A DNA stretch of 64,000 nucleotides. Origin: an uncultured Clostridia bacterium (GTDB taxonomy: Bacteria; Bacillota; Clostridia; Oscillospirales; UBA644). The notes under the pieces are model-generated. The model saw only the letters and a list, made by a program, of their open reading frames with translations. It was not told the DNA's origin and made no database searches. Below, piece by piece: positions 53,802 through 62,888 of this stretch. Made by a program: the position numbers and the translations under genes. The stretch lies in NCBI GenBank assembly GCA_948443805.1, contig CAOJUB010000005.1:8393-72392 (forward strand), written 5' to 3'. The first letter of the stretch is position 1, and each line of letters starts with the position of its first letter.

Positions 53802-55802
53802 ATGGAAAATCAATACGATTTTACAGAAGAGATTTTTAGCCGGGATATCAGCGGCTTTCATCAGTATTCTTTGACCGACCCGGTTCATTTGGTTTATGTT
53901 AGCCGCAATCTCTGCGATATGCTCGGCGTTTCTGAAGACGAACTGCTGAGTGGGTCTGAAGATCGGTATGCCGCAATGGTGCACCCGTCCGATCAGAAAA
54001 TTTATGCCGACATGATTGACGCGCTGCAGTCCCGGGAACAGTCTTTGACGGCTGTGTATCGTTTGATCAAAAAAGACGGAACGGCGCTTACCGTAAAAGA
54101 CGCCGTCTCTTCCCGGCGGCTTTCCGACGGACGGCTTGTCGGTTATTCGGTTCTGACCGATGTTACCGATATCAAAAAAGAGAATGAAAATCTGCAGTTT
54201 CTGAACGAAACGATTCCCTGCGGATTTTTGAAATATACCTGCGAAAAACAACCCCGGATCACCTATATGAATCAGCGGGCGACGGATTTTTTACGGATTC
54301 CCAAAGTCCGTTCCGGAGAGATCGATTATCTGGAAATGTATAAAGAGAATATTTTTCTCCTGATTCCCATGGAGGAACGCCGCCGGTTTGCTTTATATCT
54401 GAACCGTGTTTATACTGCCGGTATTCCGATTGCCGGCGAAATGACGGTTCTTCGCTGCGACGGTACCAAGGCCTATCTTTTCGGTTGGGTGACAAAATGT
54501 GTAAACGAGCAGGGCGTAGAGGAATTTCAGAGCGTTTGCATGGATATTACGGAACGGCATCATGAAAAAAAGAACAGCGAGGCCAAACAATATCTGAAAG
54601 CGCTTACCGATGTTTATGACAAGATTTTTGAATATGATCTTTCCAACAATACCGTAAACTGTTTGAACAGCCACGGTTCGCCGATGTTTAAATGGCTGGA
54701 GAATATTCCGATGCAGATGGAGGATGCGACCGAAAAATGGATTGCCGGAACGGTGGTCGAAGAAGACCGTGAAAAAGTCCGGGCCTTTTTTTACGCTTTT
54801 CGGCAGAAACGTCTATACAAGTCCGGGGAAACGCCGCCGCAAATCATGTATAAAGCAACATCGTCAAGCGGGGAAGTCAAAACCTATACCGGCGTTTTTC
54901 TGAAGATGAACGAGGCTGTCAGTTTTTATTGCTGCCGGTGCGTGCCGGATCAGGCGGAGGTTGAGGATCTGAAAAACAAAACCGTTTCTCTGAAAGAAAG
55001 CATGCAGGAACTTTTGCACCGTTTTAAAGACGGTATTGCGGCCTTTGAGATTATCGGCGATTCGGTTACGCCTCTTTATGTCAGCGATAATGTGTGCGAA
55101 TTTTTTGGGCTTTCTAAAGAAGAATGGCTGCGGTTAATGAAAAAAAACACGCCCATCCGGGATTTTGTTTCCTGCTGTGAAGTGTCTTATGAAGATTTTG
55201 CGGCGCTTCTGCGGACAGGCGAGGCAGAATTTACTTATTATGACCTTGAAAAGAATGGGGAACGGCGGATTAAGGCCATTTGCGCACCGAAATCACCGGA
55301 GGCTTCCCCCCGGTATGTGCTGTTATATAATATTGAAGGCGGAGAGCAAACGCAGGCGCCTTCTATATCCGGAACGCAAACGATTTCGGTTCGTACATTC
55401 GGGTATTTCGACGTCTTTGTCGATGGCCGGCCGATTGCATTCCGAAGCCAGAAAGCAAAAGAACTGTTTGCTTTGCTTGTTGACCGGCGCGGGGGATATG
55501 TTTCTTCGGAGGAAGCGATCGGTTTTTTGTGGGAAGAGGAACCGATCAGTTCTGTGACGTTGGCGCGTTACCGCAAAATTGCGCTCCGGCTCAAAAATAC
55601 GCTGGAAGAATACGGAATTTCGGACGTGGTGGAATCGGTGCACGGGAAACGCCGTCTTGTAATGGAAAAAGTACAGTGCGATCTTTACGATTATCTTTCC
55701 GGCAGAGAAGAATATCTTGGCTTGTTTAAAGGGAGTTATCTTTCGAATTACAGCTGGGGGGAAACGACGTTGGGCGAGCTGCTGAATCGGTATGCCGACT
55801 GA
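53802..55802 (+). CDS. Multi-PAS-domain transcriptional regulator with a C-terminal OmpR/SARP-type winged-helix DNA-binding domain
   Basis: 666 aa. There are about four PAS-like repeats (e.g. ..YVSRNLCDMLGVSEDELL..YRLIKKDGTALTV.., ..ITYMNQRATDFL..LRCDGTKAYLF..). The C-terminus ..ISVRTFGYFDVFVDGRPIAFRSQKAKELFALLVDRRGGYVSSEEAIGFLWEE.. is typical of SARP/OmpR wHTH domains. Confidence 0.65.
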   Translation: MENQYDFTEEIFSRDISGFHQYSLTDPVHLVYVSRNLCDMLGVSEDELLSGSEDRYAAMVHPSDQKIYADMIDALQSREQSLTAVYRLIKKDGTALTVKDAVSSRRLSDGRLVGYSVLTDVTDIKKENENLQFLNETIPCGFLKYTCEKQPRITYMNQRATDFLRIPKVRSGEIDYLEMYKENIFLLIPMEERRRFALYLNRVYTAGIPIAGEMTVLRCDGTKAYLFGWVTKCVNEQGVEEFQSVCMDITERHHEKKNSEAKQYLKALTDVYDKIFEYDLSNNTVNCLNSHGSPMFKWLENIPMQMEDATEKWIAGTVVEEDREKVRAFFYAFRQKRLYKSGETPPQIMYKATSSSGEVKTYTGVFLKMNEAVSFYCCRCVPDQAEVEDLKNKTVSLKESMQELLHRFKDGIAAFEIIGDSVTPLYVSDNVCEFFGLSKEEWLRLMKKNTPIRDFVSCCEVSYEDFAALLRTGEAEFTYYDLEKNGERRIKAICAPKSPEASPRYVLLYNIEGGEQTQAPSISGTQTISVRTFGYFDVFVDGRPIAFRSQKAKELFALLVDRRGGYVSSEEAIGFLWEEEPISSVTLARYRKIALRLKNTLEEYGISDVVESVHGKRRLVMEKVQCDLYDYLSGREEYLGLFKGSYLSNYSWGETTLGELLNRYAD

Positions 55803-55837
55803 GCGGTTCAGCGGCGTACGCTGAAAAGAAGGGGAAA

Positions 55838-56275
55838 TTGATGATGGATGTTACGCTCCACCGGGTAAAATATTATGAAACCGATAAAATGGGGATTGTT
55901 CATCATTCCAATTATATCCGGTGGATGGAAGAAGCGCGGATGGATTTTCTGAACCGTCTTGGCTGCGGCGTAAAACAGTTTGAAGCCTGCGGGATAACTT
56001 CTCCGGTGGTGTCTCTTTCCTGCCGGTATCTGGCTTCCACAACATTTGACGATGAGATTGCCGTCCGCGTCTTCCTGGAATCCTATACCGGGGTTCGGCT
56101 TTCGTTCGGTTATGTGATGACCCATAACGGGACGGGAACAAAGGTTTTGACGGCGAATTCGTCGCACTGCCTGATGAATGCCGCAGGACGTCCGGTTTCG
56201 GTGAAAAAATATTTTCCTGCGCTGGATATAGAGCTGAAGCGCCTGGCGGAAAAAAAGAAAGAACAAGAAGACTGA
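55838..56275 (+). CDS. Hotdog-fold acyl-CoA thioesterase (4HBT/YbgC-like)
   Basis: 145 aa with ..VKYYETDKMGIVHHSNYIRWMEEAR.. (catalytic Asp region). Confidence 0.75.
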   Translation: MMMDVTLHRVKYYETDKMGIVHHSNYIRWMEEARMDFLNRLGCGVKQFEACGITSPVVSLSCRYLASTTFDDEIAVRVFLESYTGVRLSFGYVMTHNGTGTKVLTANSSHCLMNAAGRPVSVKKYFPALDIELKRLAEKKKEQED

Positions 56276-56300
56276 GGGAACAGTCTTCTTGTTCTTTTTG
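56261..56300. terminator. Bidirectional terminator between the convergent thioesterase and MFS genes
   Basis: GAACAAGAAGACTG / CAGTCTTCTTGTTC forms a 14-bp stem overlapping the thioesterase stop, followed by TTTTT. Confidence 0.8.
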
Positions 56301-56312
56301 AAAAAAGGGATA

Positions 56313-57494
56313 TTATTTTTCCGTGGATCGTTTGATACCAATCAGGGTTATTATCAGCAGCGCCGGAAAAATCAGAGCAATGAGAAAGCCCGGCTTTAAG
56401 CTGTTTTCGAAAAAACCGGATACCGTTCCGACCAGCGTGGGCCCCGCCGTGCAGCCGAGGTCTCCTGCCAGCGCAAGAAAAGCAAACATGACCGTGCCGC
56501 CTGTCGGAATTGTTTTTGCCGCGGTGCTGAAGGCGCCGGGCCAGAGGATGCCGACGGCAAAACCGCAGATGCCGCATCCGATCAGTGAAAATACCGGAAC
56601 CGGAGAAAGAGCGATCAGCAGATAGGTTGCGGCGCATAAAATACCGCTGAAAAGCATCGTTTTTTCCGCTTTTAATCCACCGCCGAATTTTCCGTAAAGA
56701 AGGCGGGATAATCCCATGGCGGAGGCGAAAAGCATAGGGCCTGCAAGGTCTCCGACCGTTTTTTCTACCCCCAGTCCCTGTTCGGCAAATACCGACGCCC
56801 ATTGGCTGACGGCCTGCTCGCAGGCACCCGCGCAGGTCATCAGCAGAAGCATCAGCCAGAAGATTTTGTTCCGTACCAGTTCCCGCAGTGAAAGTCCCGG
56901 TATTTCTTCCCCGTACAGTTCCGGCATTGGAACTTTTGTAAAGATGATTGCGTTTACAGCAGGGATCAGCATCCAGATCAGGCATAGAATTTTCCAGTTG
57001 CCGATACCGAACAGCGAGAAAAAAATTGTTGAGAATAAAACGACTGCGACATGTCCCCAGCAGTAAAAAGAATGGAGCAGACTCATCTGCCGTTCCTTAT
57101 TTTCAGCCGGACAGGCTTCCACAATGGGGCTGACAAGGACTTCCAGCAATCCGCCGCCGACGGCGTAGATCATAACGGAGATCAGAATACCGGCAAACGG
57201 CCGGCCGGTTATTTCGGGAAGAACCGTCAGCAGCGCCAGCCCCGCCGCGGCGAACAGGTGGGCGGTGACAGCAGCTTTTCGGTATCCGATTTTATGAATC
57301 AGCCCTGCGGAAAGCAGGTCGACCAGCAGTTGCAGACCAAAATTGAAGGTGACAAGGAACGTGATCTGGGCGATCGGGATTTGGTAATGAGAAGAAAAGG
57401 TCAGGAAGAGAAGCGGGGCGAAATTATTGACGATCGCCTGTACGATATAACCGGTAAAGCAGGCGCGGACAGTCGCTTGGTAGGGTCGTTTCAT
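56313..57494 (-). CDS. MFS transporter
   Basis: Start at the ATG at 57494 (SD GAGGA), giving about 394 aa and about 12 hydrophobic segments. The substrate is unknown. Confidence 0.7.
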   Translation of the reverse strand: MKRPYQATVRACFTGYIVQAIVNNFAPLLFLTFSSHYQIPIAQITFLVTFNFGLQLLVDLLSAGLIHKIGYRKAAVTAHLFAAAGLALLTVLPEITGRPFAGILISVMIYAVGGGLLEVLVSPIVEACPAENKERQMSLLHSFYCWGHVAVVLFSTIFFSLFGIGNWKILCLIWMLIPAVNAIIFTKVPMPELYGEEIPGLSLRELVRNKIFWLMLLLMTCAGACEQAVSQWASVFAEQGLGVEKTVGDLAGPMLFASAMGLSRLLYGKFGGGLKAEKTMLFSGILCAATYLLIALSPVPVFSLIGCGICGFAVGILWPGAFSTAAKTIPTGGTVMFAFLALAGDLGCTAGPTLVGTVSGFFENSLKPGFLIALIFPALLIITLIGIKRSTEK

Positions 57495-57586
57495 TTTTTT
57501 TCCTCTGATTTTCAATTCTGTTTTTCCTACTATAATATAATTCGAGTGATTTGTCAAGAGGAATTTACGGATGTTATAATTTGTTA

Positions 57587-57617
57587 AAAAACCCCGTTGT
57601 TGCAACAACGGGGTTTT
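57587..57617. terminator. Terminator of the ABC transporter gene (palindromic, potentially bidirectional)
   Basis: AAAACCCCGTTGTTG-c-CAACAACGGGGTTTT, flanked by A/T runs, 14 nt after the ABC stop codon. Confidence 0.85.
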
Positions 57618-57630
57618 ATGAACCATGATT

Positions 57631-60207
57631 TTATTCGGTGCGCAGCGCGACGACGGGGTCTTTTTTCGCCGCCATGCCTGCCGGGATCAGACCGGCAATA
57701 AAAGTCAGGATGATGCTGATGGCGACCAGAATAACGGCGCCCTGCCACGGCAGCGCCACTACGCCGCTGACACCGGTCATTGCCGAGACGATCAGGTTGG
57801 CAGGAATCGTCAGCAGCAGCGTGATCAGAATTCCGATTGCGCCGGCGGCAAATCCGATGATTGTGGTTTCGGCGTTGAACACGCGGGAAATATCTTTCTT
57901 GGAAGCGCCGATACTGCGGAGTATTCCGATTTCTTTGGTTCGTTCCAGAACCGAGATATAGGTGATAATGCCGATCATGATAGAGGATACAACAAGCGAT
58001 ACGGCGACAAAGGAGATCAGAATGGTGCTGATCACATCGATTACGCTGGTAATGGAGGACATCATCATTTTTACATAGTCGGTATAAATAATCCGGTCGT
58101 CTTCTTCGACGGTTTGGTTATATTCCTTCACAAAATTTTCGATTCCATTTTTTGCTTCAAAATTTTTCGGAAAAACAGAGATCAGGCTGGGCGTGTCCGG
58201 GTCGGCAACGCCGAATGCGGCAAGATTCCCTTCGTAGGTTGCAGAGGAAGACATTTGTTTGAGCATGGCTTGCTGTTCTTCGGGGGAAAGGGAGGCGAAA
58301 TAAGCCTGTTCCTCCGGCGAAAGCGCGGACAGATCCGGCTGTTCGTTTTCATTGCCGGCAGAGAAGGGCTTTCCCGACAGAATGTCGGTTTCCGGGTTTT
58401 CTTTCTGTTCCCGGACAATCTGCGCCTGATTGTTTTTTTCAATCAGCGCGGCGGAAAGGTCGGTGGTATAGCCGATTCCCTGATTGGTGATCGAAGAATC
58501 CTCTTTCGGCATAACAATGCCGACAATCCGGATTTCCGAACCGTTTTTCACAACATTTTTCATGGCTTCGGTGTCCTTGCGGAGATCGTGCCACTGTCCG
58601 TTTTCTTTTGCATAAAAATCGGTGTTGGCAATCAGTTTGAATTCCATGTTTTTTAGTTCATCAAAAGAAAAGGCGGAAGTCTGGCTGGTATTTTCCTGTT
58701 CTTTTTTCGGGTCGCGGAGAATGGCGTTGAGTTCTTCCACATCCCGGACTCCGAGCGCATAGAGAACCGAATCGCTGATCTTCCGGTCACGGGAAACAAT
58801 CAGCACCGCTTCTTCTCCCGATGCGGGGAAAGCTCCGTCCAGAAGGTCGTACTGTTGACTGAGAATGTTTTGGTTGGCTGAAATTTCGTGCCATATCTCG
58901 TTGGCGGAACCGGAAGTGAACTGCACGCTGCCTGCGCTGCTTCCCATGTTGACTTCGTCGATTTTTTCAAACGCTTTCGGCGGGTTTGTCTGGAACGGTT
59001 CGGAAGGATCGGCGGCAACAGCCGGATCGACCCGGAAAATATTCGGCGTTACCGCGTAGGAATATTGGATATCGGTCGCGTATTCCGCAATTTTATCCTT
59101 GTTTTCTTCCAGATATCTTTTAAAAGCGGTCAGGTTGTTTTCCCGCATTCCTGTCGAAACGGAGGTAAGGCTTTTTACGATTCGGTCGTCGGAATAAATC
59201 TTGCCGTCTTCGTTTTCATCCTCGGTCTGTTCTTCGGCCTGGATGGCCGCTACACTGCCCATCAGGGCGGTCAGATCCATAGCCTTTTGTTCGATCTGGA
59301 TCGGATAATTGGAAACGGCTTTGGTCTGCTCTTTTTCAATATAGGCTCTTGATCCGCTTGAAATGGCCAGAATCAGCGCGATTCCGATAATGCCGATACT
59401 GCCGGCGAAGGCCGTCAGAAAAGTCCTCGTCTTTTTTGTCATCAGGTTGTTCAGGCTCAGAGAAAGCGCGGTGAAAAAAGACATAGAAGTCTTTTTTGCC
59501 GCCGTGCCTTCGTTTTTCTCGGAGTCTCCTTCATAGGGATTGGAATCGGAAAGAATCTTTCCGTCGAGCAGGCGGATGGTCCTTGTGGCGTACCGTTCGG
59601 CGAGTTCCGGATTATGCGTTACCATGATCACCAGCTTATCTTTGGCGATTTCCTTGAGCAGCTCCATAATCTGTACGCTGGTTGCCGAATCCAGCGCGCC
59701 GGTCGGTTCGTCGGCCAGAAGAATATCCGGGTTGTTTACCAGCGCCCGTGCGATAGCCACCCGTTGCATCTGTCCGCCGGACATCTGGTTCGGCTTTTTG
59801 GTCAGCTGGTCGCCCAGTCCGACTTTTCGGAGCGCTTCGGTCGCTTTTTTTCTCCGTTCGGATTTGGAAACGCCGGAAAGCATCAGCGCCAACTCTACAT
59901 TAGATAGTACGGTTTGGTGCGGAATCAGGTTATAATTCTGAAACACAAAGCCGATTGAATGGTTGCGGTAAGCGTCCCAGTCTCTGTCCTTAAAATCCCG
60001 GGTCGATTTCCCGTTGATAATCAGGTCTCCGCTGGTATACTGATCGAGGCCTCCGATAATATTCAGCATGGTGGTCTTTCCGCATCCGGAAGGACCGAGC
60101 ACCGCAACGAATTCACTTTTTCTGAAATTGAGGCTGATTCCCTGCAGCGCGGCAATATTCATGTCGCCGGAACGGTAAACCTTTAAAATATTCTGGAGTT
60201 TGAGCAT
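57631..60207 (-). CDS. Fused ABC transporter: N-terminal ATPase plus a MacB/FtsX-type permease with a large extracytoplasmic domain
   Basis: 858 aa with Walker [10 protein letters not shown], signature [15 protein letters not shown], Walker [13 protein letters not shown], then TM1, a roughly 450-aa loop, and a C-terminal FtsX-like 3-TM bundle. Confidence 0.85.
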   Translation of the reverse strand: MLKLQNILKVYRSGDMNIAALQGISLNFRKSEFVAVLGPSGCGKTTMLNIIGGLDQYTSGDLIINGKSTRDFKDRDWDAYRNHSIGFVFQNYNLIPHQTVLSNVELALMLSGVSKSERRKKATEALRKVGLGDQLTKKPNQMSGGQMQRVAIARALVNNPDILLADEPTGALDSATSVQIMELLKEIAKDKLVIMVTHNPELAERYATRTIRLLDGKILSDSNPYEGDSEKNEGTAAKKTSMSFFTALSLSLNNLMTKKTRTFLTAFAGSIGIIGIALILAISSGSRAYIEKEQTKAVSNYPIQIEQKAMDLTALMGSVAAIQAEEQTEDENEDGKIYSDDRIVKSLTSVSTGMRENNLTAFKRYLEENKDKIAEYATDIQYSYAVTPNIFRVDPAVAADPSEPFQTNPPKAFEKIDEVNMGSSAGSVQFTSGSANEIWHEISANQNILSQQYDLLDGAFPASGEEAVLIVSRDRKISDSVLYALGVRDVEELNAILRDPKKEQENTSQTSAFSFDELKNMEFKLIANTDFYAKENGQWHDLRKDTEAMKNVVKNGSEIRIVGIVMPKEDSSITNQGIGYTTDLSAALIEKNNQAQIVREQKENPETDILSGKPFSAGNENEQPDLSALSPEEQAYFASLSPEEQQAMLKQMSSSATYEGNLAAFGVADPDTPSLISVFPKNFEAKNGIENFVKEYNQTVEEDDRIIYTDYVKMMMSSITSVIDVISTILISFVAVSLVVSSIMIGIITYISVLERTKEIGILRSIGASKKDISRVFNAETTIIGFAAGAIGILITLLLTIPANLIVSAMTGVSGVVALPWQGAVILVAISIILTFIAGLIPAGMAAKKDPVVALRTE

Positions 60208-60251
60208 TTCCTTTGCGCCCTTCTTTCTTATTGTTCTATTTTACTATAACA

Positions 60252-60280
60252 ATTATATATTGGTCTTCGGTTTCTGTCAA
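60252..60280 (-). promoter_or_regulatory. Candidate promoter of the ABC transporter gene
   Basis: Minus strand: TTGACA (60280-60275), 17 nt, TATAAT (60257-60252). Confidence 0.55.
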
Positions 60281-60429
60281 GCGTTGTTTCTTTTTTGTTG
60301 ATTTTATTTTCCATAAATTCCCGATTCTTTTGTGACATAATTTTTCCCCGGCCGGAAACAATAAATAAGGTATTGAACCGGGCGAAAAGCTGATTTTTTA
60401 TTGAAAAAAAACAAAAAGGAGACTGTATT

Positions 60430-60747
60430 ATGCCAAGTTTATCCTGCGTTGCAACCAATTGTATCCATAATAAGAATAACTGCTGCTGTTTAAGTAATAT
60501 CAAGGTGGACGGCGCCGGTGCTCATACGTCGGAAAAGACCTGCTGCCGGAATTTTGCCGAACATCACGGCCACAGCAACGCCTCCGAACATCCCTGTGCG
60601 TGTCTTTCGATCGATTGCCGCGCGGTGGACTGTGCGTATAACGAAGACTGCATCTGCGGCGCCGACCGCGTGGATATCTGCGGCCATGACGCCCGCAATT
60701 GCAGCCAGACCGAATGCGCTACCTTTGACGCGAAAGAGCGAAGATAA
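60430..60747 (+). CDS. Cys/His-rich protein with two DUF1540-like repeats
   Basis: 105 aa with 16 Cys. The repeat pattern C-x4-C-x-[HY]N-x4-C.. occurs twice (SCVATNCIHNKNNCC.., and DCRAVDCAYNEDCIC..). SD AAGGAG. Hairpin terminator at 60791-60836. Confidence 0.6.
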   Translation: MPSLSCVATNCIHNKNNCCCLSNIKVDGAGAHTSEKTCCRNFAEHHGHSNASEHPCACLSIDCRAVDCAYNEDCICGADRVDICGHDARNCSQTECATFDAKERR

Positions 60748-60870
60748 AGTTTTTCAAAAAAACGGCAACAGACGAAATTCAGTGAAAAAGAAAAGGACAA
60801 GGCGAACCGTGAAGGTTTGTCTTGTCCTTTTTGTGTGTAAAAATGCCTGGGAAAGGGCGGGGCAGAAGTG

Positions 60871-61620
60871 TTATTTCCCCTGTACCATTTTTAAAAATTT
60901 TTTATCGTTGAATTGTTCGTTTGTCAAAAATTCTCCGTTATAAAACATGGCGTATGATGTACATGGAGTAGGGGCTGCCTGTGCCTGCTCTTTGGTTTCG
61001 ATATGGATTGCCTTGAATGGAATCTGATTTTCTAGAGCGGTCCGTTCAATAACCGGCACATATTTGCCGTTGAAGGGGCATTGGTTTGTATAGTACAACA
61101 CATAGCCGTTTTCTTCGATATGCGGATGTTTTGCCGATTCGGTGAATTGTGGAACGGCTGCTTTTTCATGAAAAGGCAGATACATTAAATGGATCCCTGC
61201 CTCTGAGATATCAGCGACTTTAAATCCTTTATGCCGTAAATATTTGGGATCGGACAAAAAGGGTTTCTTTTTTTCCGAGGAAAGAATGCACAGCCCCGAT
61301 TTGCCTTTTTCTCTGGCATCTTTTATACACGCGTTCAATAAATCGTTGGAATATCCGTGTCCCTTGAATGAACCGGATACCCAGAAACAGTCGATATACA
61401 TATAGTTTTCCGCAAGAATGGGAACCCATGCGTTTTCTGCCGGTATATATTCGATAAAGCACTTTCCGCGTTCGGTACTTTTCAGAAAAACCAGCCCGTC
61501 GTCAAAACACTGCATCATCCAATCCTTTTTAGAAGAAACCTGAATATCTTTGTTATTTGATATCGCGCAGCAAATATGTTCTTGGTCAATGTTTTCTTTG
61601 GTGACTCTTTTGTATTCCAC
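60871..61620 (-). CDS. GNAT-family N-acetyltransferase with a C-terminal YoaP-like domain
   Basis: GTG start at 61620 (SD GAGGAG). The acetyltransferase core is ..IDCFWVSGSFKGHGYSNDLLNACI... The C-terminal ..YYTNQCPFNGKYV.. region resembles YoaP-like domains. Confidence 0.65.
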   Translation of the reverse strand: MEYKRVTKENIDQEHICCAISNNKDIQVSSKKDWMMQCFDDGLVFLKSTERGKCFIEYIPAENAWVPILAENYMYIDCFWVSGSFKGHGYSNDLLNACIKDAREKGKSGLCILSSEKKKPFLSDPKYLRHKGFKVADISEAGIHLMYLPFHEKAAVPQFTESAKHPHIEENGYVLYYTNQCPFNGKYVPVIERTALENQIPFKAIHIETKEQAQAAPTPCTSYAMFYNGEFLTNEQFNDKKFLKMVQGK

Positions 61621-61748
61621 GGTGTTCTCCTCTCACTTTTAATGGTTCGGCGCTTTTCTCAAACAGCAGAAAGCTGAAGAACCGATTATTCTTTCTCTGC
61701 ATCAGAACCCTTTTCCGCTTGTTTTCAACTGCGGGTTCTTTTTTGTTC

Positions 61749-62327
61749 TTACCTTTCGGCTTTAGCCGTTTCCGGTTTGACGTTGAACGCGGTGATCCGG
61801 AACTCTTTTCCGTCAAATTCAATTTCGGCATAATGGCCGTTCTGCATGACAAAAACATTGATTTCAGGCGGGTGGGGAATTTTTTTCATAATGCCCCACA
61901 GGGCGTTGCCGTGCGCTGTTAAGATAAGGTTTTCTCCGCTGTATTTTTTTACGCTGTCAAGCAGACAGGCATAGGTTCTCTGGATAATGCTTTCGCTCGA
62001 TTCCATATTGGGGTAGTTTCCATCGGGAAATGCGGCTTTCCGTTCGGCCTCGTTCATTCCCGAAGCGTCGCCGAGATCGCTTTCAATCAGGCGTTCGTCG
62101 ATTTCAATTTTTTGAATCCCGGTTTTTTTTGCGATCACTTCCGCCGTCTGCCGCGCGCGCTGCAGCGGGGAAGTGACAATTACTGTAAAGCCTTTCCCCT
62201 TTAAGGCTTCTCCGGCGGCCGAAACCTGTGCGTAGCCTTTTTCGTTCATCGGGATATCTTCGCGGCCCTGCCAGCGGCCTTCTTTGTTCCAATCGGTTTC
62301 TCCGTGACGTACCAGACAAATTTTCAT
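61749..62327 (-). CDS. Histidine phosphatase family protein (phosphoglycerate mutase-like)
   Basis: 192 aa with MKICLVRHGETDWN.. (RHG catalytic motif) and ..LTAHGNAL.. (second His). Confidence 0.8.
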   Translation of the reverse strand: MKICLVRHGETDWNKEGRWQGREDIPMNEKGYAQVSAAGEALKGKGFTVIVTSPLQRARQTAEVIAKKTGIQKIEIDERLIESDLGDASGMNEAERKAAFPDGNYPNMESSESIIQRTYACLLDSVKKYSGENLILTAHGNALWGIMKKIPHPPEINVFVMQNGHYAEIEFDGKEFRITAFNVKPETAKAER

Positions 62328-62489
62328 AAAACGCTCCGTTCAGCTGTGGAAACGGTTTTTCCCCGCAGCGGTTTTTCTCGGTTAAAAAACAAAAGTTCTG
62401 AATTAAGTTATCTATATAAATAGCGATAGAGACAAAAGACTTGTTTTCCGGTATCTTATCTTCCGTTGGCTCTGTCCTGAACGGAAAAG

Positions 62490-62660
62490 CGGTTTTTGTT
62501 CCGTCGAACCGAAAGGCCTTTCTGCAAGCCTTTTTCTGATTTTTATTTTACCCTAAATTTCGCACCGGAAAAACACCGGCGGCGCAACGCGCTGTTTGGC
62601 TGACTAGTCAAAAGACGTTTTTCAGTAAGAACAGCTTGCTGTTCTTTATTTTACCATAAT
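62490..62660 (-). repeat. Modules X-Y-Z in the long leader/upstream region of the histidine phosphatase gene (read on the minus strand)
   Basis: On the minus strand: X is TGGTAAAATAAAGAACAGCAAGCTGTTCTTAC (palindrome 62627-62646). Y is TTTTTCCGGTGCGAAATTTAGGGTAAAATAA (62543-62573). Z is GCCTTTCGGTTCGACGGAACAAAAACCG (62490-62517). Confidence 0.6.
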
Positions 62661-62727
62661 TCCCCTTGGGCTTTCAATCCCCCGGGAGAAAATGTTGCGA
62701 AAAGTTTTTTTATTTGAAAAAAAAGTC

Positions 62728-62756
62728 TTGTCAAACCAAACAATTTATGTTATACT
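62728..62756 (+). promoter_or_regulatory. Candidate promoter of the CBM9-like gene
   Basis: TTGTCA (62728-62733), 17 nt, TATACT (62751-62756). Confidence 0.45.
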
Positions 62757-62888
62757 TGAATATAGAAAACAGAATAGACACCGCCATCGCCTGCAAAGTT
62801 TTTCAACATTTCGATAAAAACACCGAGGAGACGAATGGCGACGCTTATACAGAAAAATGCTTAAAAACAGGATCAAGAGGTGAACATT

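Noticed and set aside
62328-62660. Cobalamin riboswitch in the ~330-nt leader of the histidine phosphatase (cobC-like) gene.
   Set aside because: There is no B12-box (..AGYCMGgAgaCCkGCC.. / GCCACUG) or other conserved cobalamin-aptamer elements. The region is instead made of the X/Y/Z modules.
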